Below, one piece after another: positions 40,451 to 49,142 of a DNA stretch of 64,000 nt. Below the pieces are notes generated by a model. It was not told the DNA's origin, searched no databases, and saw only the letters and a list, made by a program, of their open reading frames with translations. A program made the translations under genes and the position numbers. Source of the stretch: Polyangiaceae bacterium (lineage in GTDB: Bacteria; Myxococcota_A; Polyangia; Polyangiales; Polyangiaceae). The number at the start of each line of letters is the position of its first letter. Positions within the stretch are counted from its first letter, which is position 1. The DNA lies in assembly GCA_965222375.1 (NCBI GenBank), contig CBDCTZ010000016.1, forward strand, positions 2,720,001 to 2,784,000, read 5' to 3'.

Positions 40451-40549
40451 GCGATCGCTCCGTCACCCCGCGGTGCTAGCGCCCCGGCGCGACCCCGGGC
40501 GAACACGGCCCTGCGTGAGGCAGGGAAGCGACTCCCAACCCAAGGAAAC

Positions 40550-40575
40550 CAAAGTTAGTCGATCGACTAACTTTG
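40550..40575. promoter_or_regulatory. Perfect 26 bp palindrome, possible protein-binding site
   Basis: CAAAGTTAGTCGATCGACTAACTTTG equals its own reverse complement. Confidence 0.6.
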
Positions 40576-40768
40576 AGCCGCCCGCCGACCCGCGCTGGAG
40601 CGATGGTTGGGGAGGCCTGCCGACCGCGACGCGCCAAGTTCGACACGCGCGGAGCGTCGCTCCACCGACCGAAGCGAGCTGGGTCCGGCTCCGAATCAGC
40701 CTTTTCTGACTTGGATCGCTCGCAATCAGCCGCTAACCACCTGAAAAACCTAAGAAATCACGTCGAGA

Positions 40769-41124
40769 GATCCGATCACTGGCGCCACCATCAGCGCTCG
40801 CGCTTCGGGAACCACCGCTGACGCCCTGGTGTTGAACAATGTCGACATCCCTGCAGGAGCCGTCGTCACTGCTTTCGCCATCGGCAACCTCGGCGGAACA
40901 CCTCAGAGACCGTCGCTTCCCTGAACGAGCGTCCCTTTGACGTCGCACACAGCGCGGGCACGCTCTGGTACACGACGGCCGAGCCCGCCTGGTTGATGGA
41001 GTATGCGACCGCGGGCGATGTGGAACTCGCGGGACTGGTTCAACCGAACGCACCCCTCGCTCACGACGGCCAGTTCCTGTACTGGTCTTCGCCGGGCGTG
41101 GGAATCCTACGCCTCAAACGCTAG
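40769..41124 (+). pseudogene. Start-less gene fragments (DUF4397-like piece, then beta-propeller-like C-terminus)
   Basis: Frame A reads DPITGATISARASGTTADALVLNNVDIPAGAVVTAFAIGNLGG after in-frame stops. Frame B reads ETVASLNERPFDVA..LAHDGQFLYWSSPGVGILRLKR*. Confidence 0.45.
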
Positions 41125-41263
41125 GAAGGGAGCGCGCAGACGGTGTCAGCCTGCCGCCGCTGCGGCGAGGCCTGAGATCGAGGAGATCCTGCGCCTTGGG
41201 CGCTAGGAAGGGGAGCGCGCAGACGGCATCAGCCTGCCGCTGCGGCGAAGCCCGAGGATTGAG
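41101..41263. repeat. Imperfect tandem duplication, ~82 bp unit
   Basis: 41101-41182 versus 41183-41263, e.g. CGCTAGGAAGGG(G)AGCGCGCAGACGG..TCAGCCTGCCGC at an offset of 82. Confidence 0.85.
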
Positions 41264-43118
41264 TGGTGCTCGTCTCGCCGAAGGGCAGGAGGCGGGTGAT
41301 GCCGCTCTTGGCGTGGGCGGCCAGGGCGGCGCCGGTATCCGGACCTTTCTCCCTGGCGATCTCCAAGAGCTCCTTGGCGGCTCCAAACATGGCCTCGGCC
41401 GTTGCGGGAGCGCTCTTGGCGATGCTCAGCGTCGTGCTTATGCTGCGCTTCGCCAGCTTGGCGGCGCTGCGCCCAGCGCGGACGTGGGCCGGTGTGGCCT
41501 TGCGGATACCCACGGTGTGGACCAGGTCTGCCGTGGTGCAACCGGCGAAGTGATCCGGCTTGCAGAAGGGGTGTGCTAAGCGGGGGTGCTTTCGCACGTA
41601 CTCACTCACGTCCTCGAGGGTGATGTCGTACTTGGCGAGAGCGTCGGTCACTTCCTTGTGCGCGACTTGCTTTGCCTTGAACATGTACATCTGAACGCGG
41701 GAGTAGAAGTTGACGGCTCCGTCGCCGCTGGTCTCTACCGCGCAGTAGATCGTGCCCGGATACTTCTCGGTGATCAGGGACTGCACGCCGTCGCTCACGC
41801 CGCTGGAGGGCATGCAGCCGAAGGGCTTCACGCTCAGGGTCATGTTGCACTTGTTCTTGATCACATTGAGGATGAGCTTACCCACCTCCATATGACCCTC
41901 GCCGCCCCGCAGATCGTTGTTGTAGTGGGGCTCGGCAACGGCGGCGACCTCGTGCATGTCGGGTAGGTGGTAGCCGTACAGCCCGCCGGCGTGGGCGAAA
42001 GTCTGAAACACAGCGCGCAGGGCCTTGTCCGCTGCCCACAGTCCGACTCGACGGGTGAACACGCCCATCTCGTCCAGGTCTCCGAGACCGTACTTGCCGC
42101 CGTCGGCACCCCGCAGAGAGGCACGGTTTTCCGTGTCCCAGTGCACCTCCCAGATGTTGTAGAGGATCCAGGCGGTGACCAGCTGAATCTCACACTCGGC
42201 GGTCTCGCTCTCGAGGAAGCGCTGCAACGCGTAGTTTCCGTCACCCTCGGTGGTCATGGCCCAGAACTCACCGATGATGGCGGTTCGCGGACGGATCCGG
42301 GTTCGGTCGACTTCAATCTTGGCCAGCTCTTTCCGGGCGCGGAACAACGCCGCCAGGGCGCTGCGCCCCTCTCTCAGAGCTTTGTGAATGATGCCCTTGC
42401 ATCGCGCGACGGCCTCATCCGTGGCGCCAGGAACCACCTCGTAGGGGCGGATCCGATACGCCAGCGCGTTGAGCACGTCGCCGGCGAGGATCCCCTTGCT
42501 CAGGTGAAGGAAAAACTGCGGTCCGAGTTCCAGCCCACTGTCCTCGCCCGTTGCTTGTGACAGCCCGCCCTGTTGCTGAAACAGCATCACGCGAAAGCCG
42601 TCGAAGCCAGCGTCCCGAAGCGCCTTGCGGTATTCGGTCGTATACATGCCGAAGCGGCATGGGCCACAGGCGCCAGCGGTGACGAAGACGAACTTGTCGA
42701 CGATTTCTTTCGACGACATGCCCTTCTCGTCGCGCAGGTGCATCAGGAACTTCACGAGGTTGCCCACGGTGAAATAGGTTGGGTTGCACTGAGCCCGATT
42801 CCCGAACTCCTTGCCGACTCGCAAGGCCTCGTTGTCCGGGCAGTCCATGGCAAAGACGTTGTAGCCAAGGCTCTGGAGCGCCCCTTCGACGAAATAGTCG
42901 TGGGCCATGGTGAGGCCGCCGATGAGCAGCGTGATCCCTGGCTTCTCACTCTTGGTGAAGCCGAGGTCAGCCATGTCCTCGATCCAATGATCGCTATCCT
43001 CGAGGCCCAGACGGCGCTTCTCTTCCGCCTCGAAGGCGTCGAGCTCTGCCTGAAGTTCTGCCTCGTCCCGCGCGACGGGTAGGTGCTTTTTGGTCTCGAC
43101 TTCGACGTGTTGGGTCAT
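41229..43118 (-). CDS. 2-hydroxyacyl-CoA dehydratase-like / CoA-activase-associated Fe-S protein
   Basis: GKEFGNRAQCNPTYFTVG; GACGPCRFGMY; GGEGHMEVG; SVKPFGCMP; ETSGDG. Confidence 0.75.
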   Translation of the reverse strand: MTQHVEVETKKHLPVARDEAELQAELDAFEAEEKRRLGLEDSDHWIEDMADLGFTKSEKPGITLLIGGLTMAHDYFVEGALQSLGYNVFAMDCPDNEALRVGKEFGNRAQCNPTYFTVGNLVKFLMHLRDEKGMSSKEIVDKFVFVTAGACGPCRFGMYTTEYRKALRDAGFDGFRVMLFQQQGGLSQATGEDSGLELGPQFFLHLSKGILAGDVLNALAYRIRPYEVVPGATDEAVARCKGIIHKALREGRSALAALFRARKELAKIEVDRTRIRPRTAIIGEFWAMTTEGDGNYALQRFLESETAECEIQLVTAWILYNIWEVHWDTENRASLRGADGGKYGLGDLDEMGVFTRRVGLWAADKALRAVFQTFAHAGGLYGYHLPDMHEVAAVAEPHYNNDLRGGEGHMEVGKLILNVIKNKCNMTLSVKPFGCMPSSGVSDGVQSLITEKYPGTIYCAVETSGDGAVNFYSRVQMYMFKAKQVAHKEVTDALAKYDITLEDVSEYVRKHPRLAHPFCKPDHFAGCTTADLVHTVGIRKATPAHVRAGRSAAKLAKRSISTTLSIAKSAPATAEAMFGAAKELLEIAREKGPDTGAALAAHAKSGITRLLPFGETSTTQSSGFAAAAG

Positions 43119-43150
43119 GAATCGGTCCTCCTCGGAGCGCCCGGCGCTCG

Positions 43151-43193
43151 ACTGACGCGCGTGTCAGTGTACGCGGCGATTGACCGATCTCAA
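43151..43193 (-). promoter_or_regulatory. Sigma70-like promoter TTGAGA-N16-TACACT with overlapping palindromic operator ACTGAC-N6-GTCAGT
   Basis: -35 at 43193-43188; -10 at 43171-43166; palindrome at 43151-43168; TTGA-N6-TCAA at 43180-43193. Confidence 0.55.
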
Positions 43194-43400
43194 GTGACTG
43201 GGAGGAAGAATCCGGGTGCTAAGCAAAGTTAAGTAGATCCAAGTATTTATGGATGCGATCCCGCGCCCGGTCCTTCCAAAGCTGGTCTTGGCCGCCAGGT
43301 AATGACGGCGGTGTCGTTCCCGCCCGGGCCGCGGCACTCGATATAGTTCAGAGGCGCCAAGCAGTGTCGTGCGCGTCGGGCCGCCGAGCCCGGCGCCACC

Positions 43401-44480
43401 TCAGAGGCAGCAAGTAGACGCCGCGGGGATGGTCGCGACCTGAGGCGGCGCGGTGTCGATCAAGACGAACAGCGAGTCTTGGTGCCAGGTCAGCGCGATG
43501 ACCCTCGCTACGAGTTCCGCGAGACTGTCAGGCTGGGCGTTGGGTTCTTTCTTCAACCGGACCACGCGCCCACTTTCCGTGCCCGCGTAGAGATGGGGAC
43601 CGCCGCTCACCATGTCGACGATGCGTGGGAAGTCGGTTTGCGACAGCTCGTTGGTTCCTCCAAGAGTGCCATCGCTGGCGAAGATGTTGCTGCCGCCGCC
43701 GTCGGTGGCGAAGTACGCTTCGGCACTGCTCACGACCAGGAGGGCTCCGCTCGATATGTCCTTCAGTTTTTCCGGCGTGGCTTTGTCCCCAAAGGTCGCA
43801 GGAATATCGAAGCCGAAGAAGCCGGACTCGGACGTGTAGTACAAGCGATTGCCCCCGACGCCGAGCTGCCGAACCAAGTTCAGGGAGGTCACAAGATACG
43901 AGTCCGAAGGTTCTGCGCGATCGACGCGCATGATGCTGTTGCCCACGGTGATGAAGGCGTCTTTGGCGTCCACCGCAAATGCAATGACGGGGGACGCCAG
44001 GTTGTTGGTCGGAAGCCACTGGGTGACTTGGGTATCCTTCGGGGCGATTCTCGCCACCCGGCGTTCAGACGCGACGAATAGGTCATTGCCCTGCGTCTTG
44101 GCCACGCTCATGGGATCGGCGTGTTGAAAGGCTGTTCCGCAGTTGAAATTCTCCGGGGCGCACAACTCGATTCGCCCCGTGGCCTTGGAAGTCCCCCCGG
44201 GGATCGCGAGACGTTGCGCGTCGGGCCAAATCACCACGTCAGCGGGAATCGTCTCACTTGGAACCGGATCGAGCTTCGGCTTGCAGGGCGTGCACGTGCT
44301 CCCACCTCCGGTCCCAGTTCCGCCCGAGCCCCCGACAGAAGCGTCGCCGCTGCCACCACCCGAGCCCCCAGAGCCGCTTGTCCCTCCGACGCCGGCGCCG
44401 CCGCCAGAGCTATTCGAGCGCGACGACTGGCTGCTGCACGCCAGCAGTCCGAGACACAGGATGGCGAGCCCCTGGCGCAT
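43401..44480 (-). CDS. Lipoprotein, probable beta-propeller
   Basis: MRQGLAILCLGLLAC lipobox; Gly/Ser linker; repeated short strands (FAVDAKDAFIT, LGVGGNRLYYT). Confidence 0.6.
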   Translation of the reverse strand: MRQGLAILCLGLLACSSQSSRSNSSGGGAGVGGTSGSGGSGGGSGDASVGGSGGTGTGGGSTCTPCKPKLDPVPSETIPADVVIWPDAQRLAIPGGTSKATGRIELCAPENFNCGTAFQHADPMSVAKTQGNDLFVASERRVARIAPKDTQVTQWLPTNNLASPVIAFAVDAKDAFITVGNSIMRVDRAEPSDSYLVTSLNLVRQLGVGGNRLYYTSESGFFGFDIPATFGDKATPEKLKDISSGALLVVSSAEAYFATDGGGSNIFASDGTLGGTNELSQTDFPRIVDMVSGGPHLYAGTESGRVVRLKKEPNAQPDSLAELVARVIALTWHQDSLFVLIDTAPPQVATIPAASTCCL

Positions 44481-44579
44481 GCAGCTCAATTTAGCAGAGG
44501 ATGCCCCGTGGAGTTGCCCCTTTTGTCCTTGAAATGCCGAAGCGCGCGGGCCGAGCCGGATGCTGCTAGGTTGCGCCCT

Positions 44580-45176
44580 GTGAAGCAATCTAGCCCGGCC
44601 GCGATCCGCAACCGTGACCCCATACTCAGCGTGTTGCGCAAGGTCTTGCCTCCCAACGGCACCGTGTTGGAGATCGGTAGCGGAACCGGCGAACACGTCA
44701 TTCATTTCGCCGCTGCGCTGCCGGAGCTCGAATTTCAGCCCACGGACTCGAGCCCGGCGGCGTTGGAGAGTTTGAAAGCGCATCTGGCGGACACGCCTCT
44801 GCCCAACGTGTTGCCCCCGATCTGCGTGGACGTGACCCAGGACCCTTGGGAAGTCGAGTGGGCCGACGCGGTCATCTGCTCCAACATGATCCACATTGCG
44901 CCTTGGACGGCGTGTGAGGGACTGATGCGCGGAGCAGCCCGCCTGCTTGCGCCAGAGGCCCCCTTGGTGACCTACGGGCCGTATCGCTTCCACGGTGAGT
45001 TTCTAGCGGCCAGCAACGCCGCCTTCGATGCATCCCTCAAGCGGCGGGATCCCGAGTGGGGCGTGCGTGACGTGGACGATGTGCTTGCGTGCGCCGATGC
45101 CAACGGTTTCGAACACGAGAAAACCGTCGCGATGCCCGCAAACAACCACATGCTGATCTTTCGACGAGCCCCTTGA
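44580..45176 (+). CDS. DUF938 family SAM-dependent methyltransferase
   Basis: SPAAIRNRDPIL; VLEIGSGTGEH; NMIHIAPW; YGPY; SNAAFD; WGVRD; MPANN. Confidence 0.92.
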   Translation: MKQSSPAAIRNRDPILSVLRKVLPPNGTVLEIGSGTGEHVIHFAAALPELEFQPTDSSPAALESLKAHLADTPLPNVLPPICVDVTQDPWEVEWADAVICSNMIHIAPWTACEGLMRGAARLLAPEAPLVTYGPYRFHGEFLAASNAAFDASLKRRDPEWGVRDVDDVLACADANGFEHEKTVAMPANNHMLIFRRAP

Positions 45177-45184
45177 CGAAGCCA

Positions 45185-46051
45185 ATGCTTGGGCCGCTTC
45201 GTGACGCTTGGGCTGCAGCTGTCCGTGAGCTCAGACGTGCGCCGGCCGTTGCGATGGTTCTCCTCGGCGTGGCCGGATGCGTGAGCGCGCCGTCGAAGCC
45301 CGCAAGCCCCCAGCCATCCGAGAAAGGGCTTGCTTCCACCCCGCCAGCAGCCACTTCGGCCGCCCCTGCGGCCCTAGCAGCCCCAACCCCCCCGCCGCCC
45401 AAACCTCCTCCCGAGCCCCCGGATCCGGGCAAAGCCAACCTCGACCCAGCCGATGACGAAGTGGTCGGGCCGCCCGCGCCCATACCCGACTGCGAATCCC
45501 GATTGGAAGCGGCAGGCGTGAGTTTCAAAGCGGCCAAGCTGTCAGTGCGCACTCAAGCGTCTGGAGCGCAGTGTGGCGCCGAGCAGGTGGTTGTCTACCT
45601 GAAAGGGCCCACAGGGATCGCTTGGAACGCGAAGCCCACGGTGACCTGTCAGATGGCGCTGGGCCTCGCGCGCTTCGAGAAGATCCTGCAAGAAGAGGCC
45701 AAGGCGCTGCTCGACACTCAAGTGAAAGGCATTCAGCAGGGGGGCACGTATTCCTGCCGCCGAATGGCTCGCTTCGCGCTGCGAAGCGAGCACAGCTACG
45801 CCAACGCCATGGACATCTATGGCTTCAGCTTTGCGAACGGTAAGCGCATCAACGTCAAGCTTCACTTCGGCAAGTTGAGCGAAGAGCCCGACGTGCCCAC
45901 GTCCAAGTTTCTGCGCAAGGTTGCTCGGCGTGCTTTTTTCGAAGATGTCTTCTCTGTCGTGCTCACCCCGTTCTGGGACAAGCTCCACGCAGACCACCTA
46001 CACATCGACCAAGCGCGCTATCGCGTGAACGCCACCAGCTTGCGGGAGTGA
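45185..46051 (+). CDS. Extensin-like family lipoprotein
   Basis: VAGC lipobox; Pro-rich linker; GTYSCR..SEHSYANAMDI..HADHLHID. Confidence 0.85.
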   Translation: MLGPLRDAWAAAVRELRRAPAVAMVLLGVAGCVSAPSKPASPQPSEKGLASTPPAATSAAPAALAAPTPPPPKPPPEPPDPGKANLDPADDEVVGPPAPIPDCESRLEAAGVSFKAAKLSVRTQASGAQCGAEQVVVYLKGPTGIAWNAKPTVTCQMALGLARFEKILQEEAKALLDTQVKGIQQGGTYSCRRMARFALRSEHSYANAMDIYGFSFANGKRINVKLHFGKLSEEPDVPTSKFLRKVARRAFFEDVFSVVLTPFWDKLHADHLHIDQARYRVNATSLRE

Positions 46052-46075
46052 CGTCGTTCACCCTCGCGCCGCGGC

Positions 46076-47623
46076 TCACGCGGGCGCGACAGTCAGATTG
46101 GCCGACTCTTGCGCCTGCTTACGTCGGGCCTCGATGTTCCCGCGCTCCTCGTTCCACCAGGCGCGCGCGCGAGCGGGGGTCCAGTCGGTTGCATTCGGGC
46201 AATCGAGCAGGGCCTGGGCAAGTTCAGCTGCTGACTGAAAGCGCTCGTCGGGCGCCTTCTCGAGGCAGCGCATGATGATGGCCTCGAGGGGGCCGTCGAT
46301 CGTGACACCGCGATCGCTCAAGGGGTCGGGCTTGCTGTGGAGATGATGCGCGAATACCTCGACCGAGTTGCCGCTGAAGACGGGCGCGCCGGTCAGTAGA
46401 AAGTACGCAACGGCGCCAAGGGCGTATAGATCCGTGCGCCCGTCCACAGAGTCCGGATCCGTGAGGGATTCGGGCGCCATGTACAGCGGCGTGCCCTGAA
46501 TGGTGTCCACGCCGCTGAGCTTGGCTTCTTTGGGGGTTTCGATGTCCTTGACCAAGCCAAAGTCGAGTACTTTGACCACATCGGCTGCTCCGCCTCGCTC
46601 GCATAGCGCAATGTTGTCCGGCTTGATGTCGCGGTGGACCAGGCCCATCTCGTGAGCTTCGCTGAGGGCGCCGGCAACCTGAACCAGGATGTGCACGGTT
46701 CGCTCAGGGGGAAGGGGACCATACGATTCGACCAGATGTTCCAGACTGAGCCCGTCGAGGTACTCCATCGCGTAGTAGAAAACGCCGTCTTGGGTACGGC
46801 CGAAGTCGAAGATGGCGACGGTATTCGGGTGGGTCAGGCGGCTCGTTTCCTGCACCTCGCGTTCAAAGCGGGCGATGGCCTTCTCGCCTGCCTTCTCCGG
46901 CGGCAAGAGTTTCACGGCCGTCGGTCTCCGTAGCATTCGGTGGCGGGCGAGGTAGACCGCGCCCATCCCCCCTTCACCGATCTTCGTCTCTAGCGTGTAC
47001 TCCCCGAGTTGCATCGCCTCGCGCACTCTGGTCTGCAAGCCGTACACCACGTGGGAAATCACCCCAGCGACGAAAGAGAGTGCAATGGTGGCGAAGAGGT
47101 GTACGGATAGCGGCAGCATCCACGGCTCGTAGGCCTCCTGACCTGGCATCGTGATGACCAAGCCCTCCCAGCCCATGGCGCTGGTGGCAGTCATCGCTCC
47201 ACCCCAAACCAGCCCGACGAGTATCGACAGCCATGCTGGGCTGGGAATGATCGCCGCCCGCAGCATGAGCACGACCGCGAGCAAGATTGGAGTAAACATA
47301 GCCATCGCGCCGCCGGCGCCTTCGATCGGCGGCTTGAGGGGCAACATGGCGAAGGCGCTCAAGGCGACTGCCGTCCCGAGGAGCTCGAGCGAGCGACATG
47401 CCCACGCCGGGCGCTTGCCCGTTCGAAGAATGCCCCAGACGGTGGCGTTGGATACGAGGGCCACGAGGGACGCCACTCGTGTGCTCGAAAACAACGCTTC
47501 GCCTTCCGCCGGGAAGGCGAAGTCTGTAGCCAGCATAGCCGCGAAGAAAACCCATGCTACGCCGGCGAATAAAGCGACGCGCTGCTGCAAGTACGCGCGA
47601 GGGTCCTTCAGTGTGTCGGTCAT
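46076..47623 (-). CDS. Ser/Thr protein kinase with N-terminal transmembrane domain
   Basis: GEGGMGAVY, AVK, HRDIKPDN, DFG and GTPLYMAPE; about 6 TM segments upstream. Confidence 0.93.
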   Translation of the reverse strand: MTDTLKDPRAYLQQRVALFAGVAWVFFAAMLATDFAFPAEGEALFSSTRVASLVALVSNATVWGILRTGKRPAWACRSLELLGTAVALSAFAMLPLKPPIEGAGGAMAMFTPILLAVVLMLRAAIIPSPAWLSILVGLVWGGAMTATSAMGWEGLVITMPGQEAYEPWMLPLSVHLFATIALSFVAGVISHVVYGLQTRVREAMQLGEYTLETKIGEGGMGAVYLARHRMLRRPTAVKLLPPEKAGEKAIARFEREVQETSRLTHPNTVAIFDFGRTQDGVFYYAMEYLDGLSLEHLVESYGPLPPERTVHILVQVAGALSEAHEMGLVHRDIKPDNIALCERGGAADVVKVLDFGLVKDIETPKEAKLSGVDTIQGTPLYMAPESLTDPDSVDGRTDLYALGAVAYFLLTGAPVFSGNSVEVFAHHLHSKPDPLSDRGVTIDGPLEAIIMRCLEKAPDERFQSAAELAQALLDCPNATDWTPARARAWWNEERGNIEARRKQAQESANLTVAPA

Positions 47624-47691
47624 CGAAAGCCGTGGCGGTAGGTCAGGTCGACGAACCACGCCTCGAGGTTGCTAGGGTTGGTCGGCGACCC

Positions 47692-48063
47692 CTATGTCTT
47701 GTGTACCGCCTCGATTCGGTGGCCGTCGAGGTCGATGATGAAGGCGGCGTAGTAGGTCGGGCCGTAGTGCGGGCGGAGCCCCGGGCCGCCATTGTCTGAC
47801 GCCCCGTGCTGCAGTGCAGCTTTGTGGAATGCATCGACAGCGTCACGTGACGGCGCCGCGAAAGCTACGTGGAAGCGTGGGCCAGCTGACGCAGATGGGA
47901 CGGCGTGTTTGAGTGCGAACTTGTCTTCCCCGTCCCTTACGCCATAGCCCGTGAACCCATCGCTAGAGCAGACTCGGCGGTAGCCCAACTCCTGAAGGGC
48001 CGCGTCGTAGAGGGCCGACGATTTTTCGAGACGGGCGACCGGCAGTGAAAGGTGGTGGAGCAT
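47692..48063 (-). CDS. VOC/glyoxalase family protein
   Basis: LHHLSL; HVAFAA; DNGGPGLRPHYGPTYYAAFIIDLDGHRIEAV. Confidence 0.9.
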   Translation of the reverse strand: MLHHLSLPVARLEKSSALYDAALQELGYRRVCSSDGFTGYGVRDGEDKFALKHAVPSASAGPRFHVAFAAPSRDAVDAFHKAALQHGASDNGGPGLRPHYGPTYYAAFIIDLDGHRIEAVHKT

Positions 48064-48209
48064 GCCGACCGGCATTCTGGCACTCGGCCTCGAGCGTCAG
48101 CAATAGCCCACCTGTGAAACCAAGGGGGTTCTGTGGGGTTGGAGGGTGCAGCGCGGCTCCCAAAGCCTGGTCGGTTGGCAGTAACCGCGCCCGCCTGCGC
48201 GCCGTACTA

Positions 48210-49019
48210 ATGCCCGTGCGCCTGGCTCTGCTTCTGATCGCGATCTTCGCTCTGGGATGTTCCCGCAAGGAGGATCAGCGGCCCGTACGCACCGAGCCGG
48301 AGCCAGCGGTGCTCGCGCCTCCAAAGGCCAAGGTTGCGGTGGCGGAGCCGGTGGCTTTGGTGGAGCTTTACACGAGCGAGGGCTGTTCGAGCTGCCCACC
48401 GGCGGACGAGAACCTGACGCGGATCGCTTACGCCGCGCGAGACTCTGGCCAGCGCGTCATCGCGCTTTCGTTCCACGTCGACTACTGGAACTACATTGGC
48501 TGGAAGGATCCCTTCAGCGCGGCGCAGTATTCCGAGCGACAGCGCCGCTACGCCAAGCGACTAGGCTCGGGCGTGTACACGCCGCAGATGGTGGTCGCGG
48601 GGCGTGAGCAGTTCTTGGGGTCCCGAGAGGGCAAAGCGGATGCAGCGATTGAGCGAGCACTCGCGCGGCCGTCGACTCATGCGGTTTCCATGAGCGCGAA
48701 GGGCGCTTCGAAAATCGGCTTCGAAGTCATCGGCCCTGCTGGCGACGTCGTGGTGCACGTGGCCGTTGCGCAGGGCGCTGGCGGCGTGAAGGTGAAACGC
48801 GGCGAGAACGCGGGGCGAACGCTCAGTCACGTGAACATCGTGCGGGCGCTCTCGAGCAAGCGCACCCGGGCTCCGGGGGGCGGCCAGTTGACCTTGGATA
48901 TTCCTGCGGCCGTCGACAAGCGCTCCGCGATGGTGGTCGCTTGGGTCGAAGGTGCGGAGAGCGGACACGTGCTGGGCGCAGCTGCCAGAAGCGGTCTGCT
49001 TGCGTCCACGTCGCAATGA
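48210..49019 (+). CDS. DUF1223 thioredoxin-like lipoprotein
   Basis: ALGC lipobox; VELYTSEGCSSCPPAD; FHVDYWNYIGWKDPFS; YTPQ; GENAGR. Confidence 0.92.
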   Translation: MPVRLALLLIAIFALGCSRKEDQRPVRTEPEPAVLAPPKAKVAVAEPVALVELYTSEGCSSCPPADENLTRIAYAARDSGQRVIALSFHVDYWNYIGWKDPFSAAQYSERQRRYAKRLGSGVYTPQMVVAGREQFLGSREGKADAAIERALARPSTHAVSMSAKGASKIGFEVIGPAGDVVVHVAVAQGAGGVKVKRGENAGRTLSHVNIVRALSSKRTRAPGGGQLTLDIPAAVDKRSAMVVAWVEGAESGHVLGAAARSGLLASTSQ

Positions 49020-49142
49020 AGCCGTCGCGCCGGGTTTGCGCGTTGATGTAGCCGTCAGCCGAGGTGATGCTTTCGATCGCCAACGGGCCGCGGTGCCACA
49101 AGGCCTCTTCTCGTTTCCCCTGGACCATGATGTCATCCCCTC

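Noticed and set aside
41101..41263. Diversity-generating retroelement TR/VR pair
   Set aside because: Several A-to-G differences exist, but so do G/A, C/T and T/C changes and indels. The copies are adjacent and there is no reverse transcriptase in the window.
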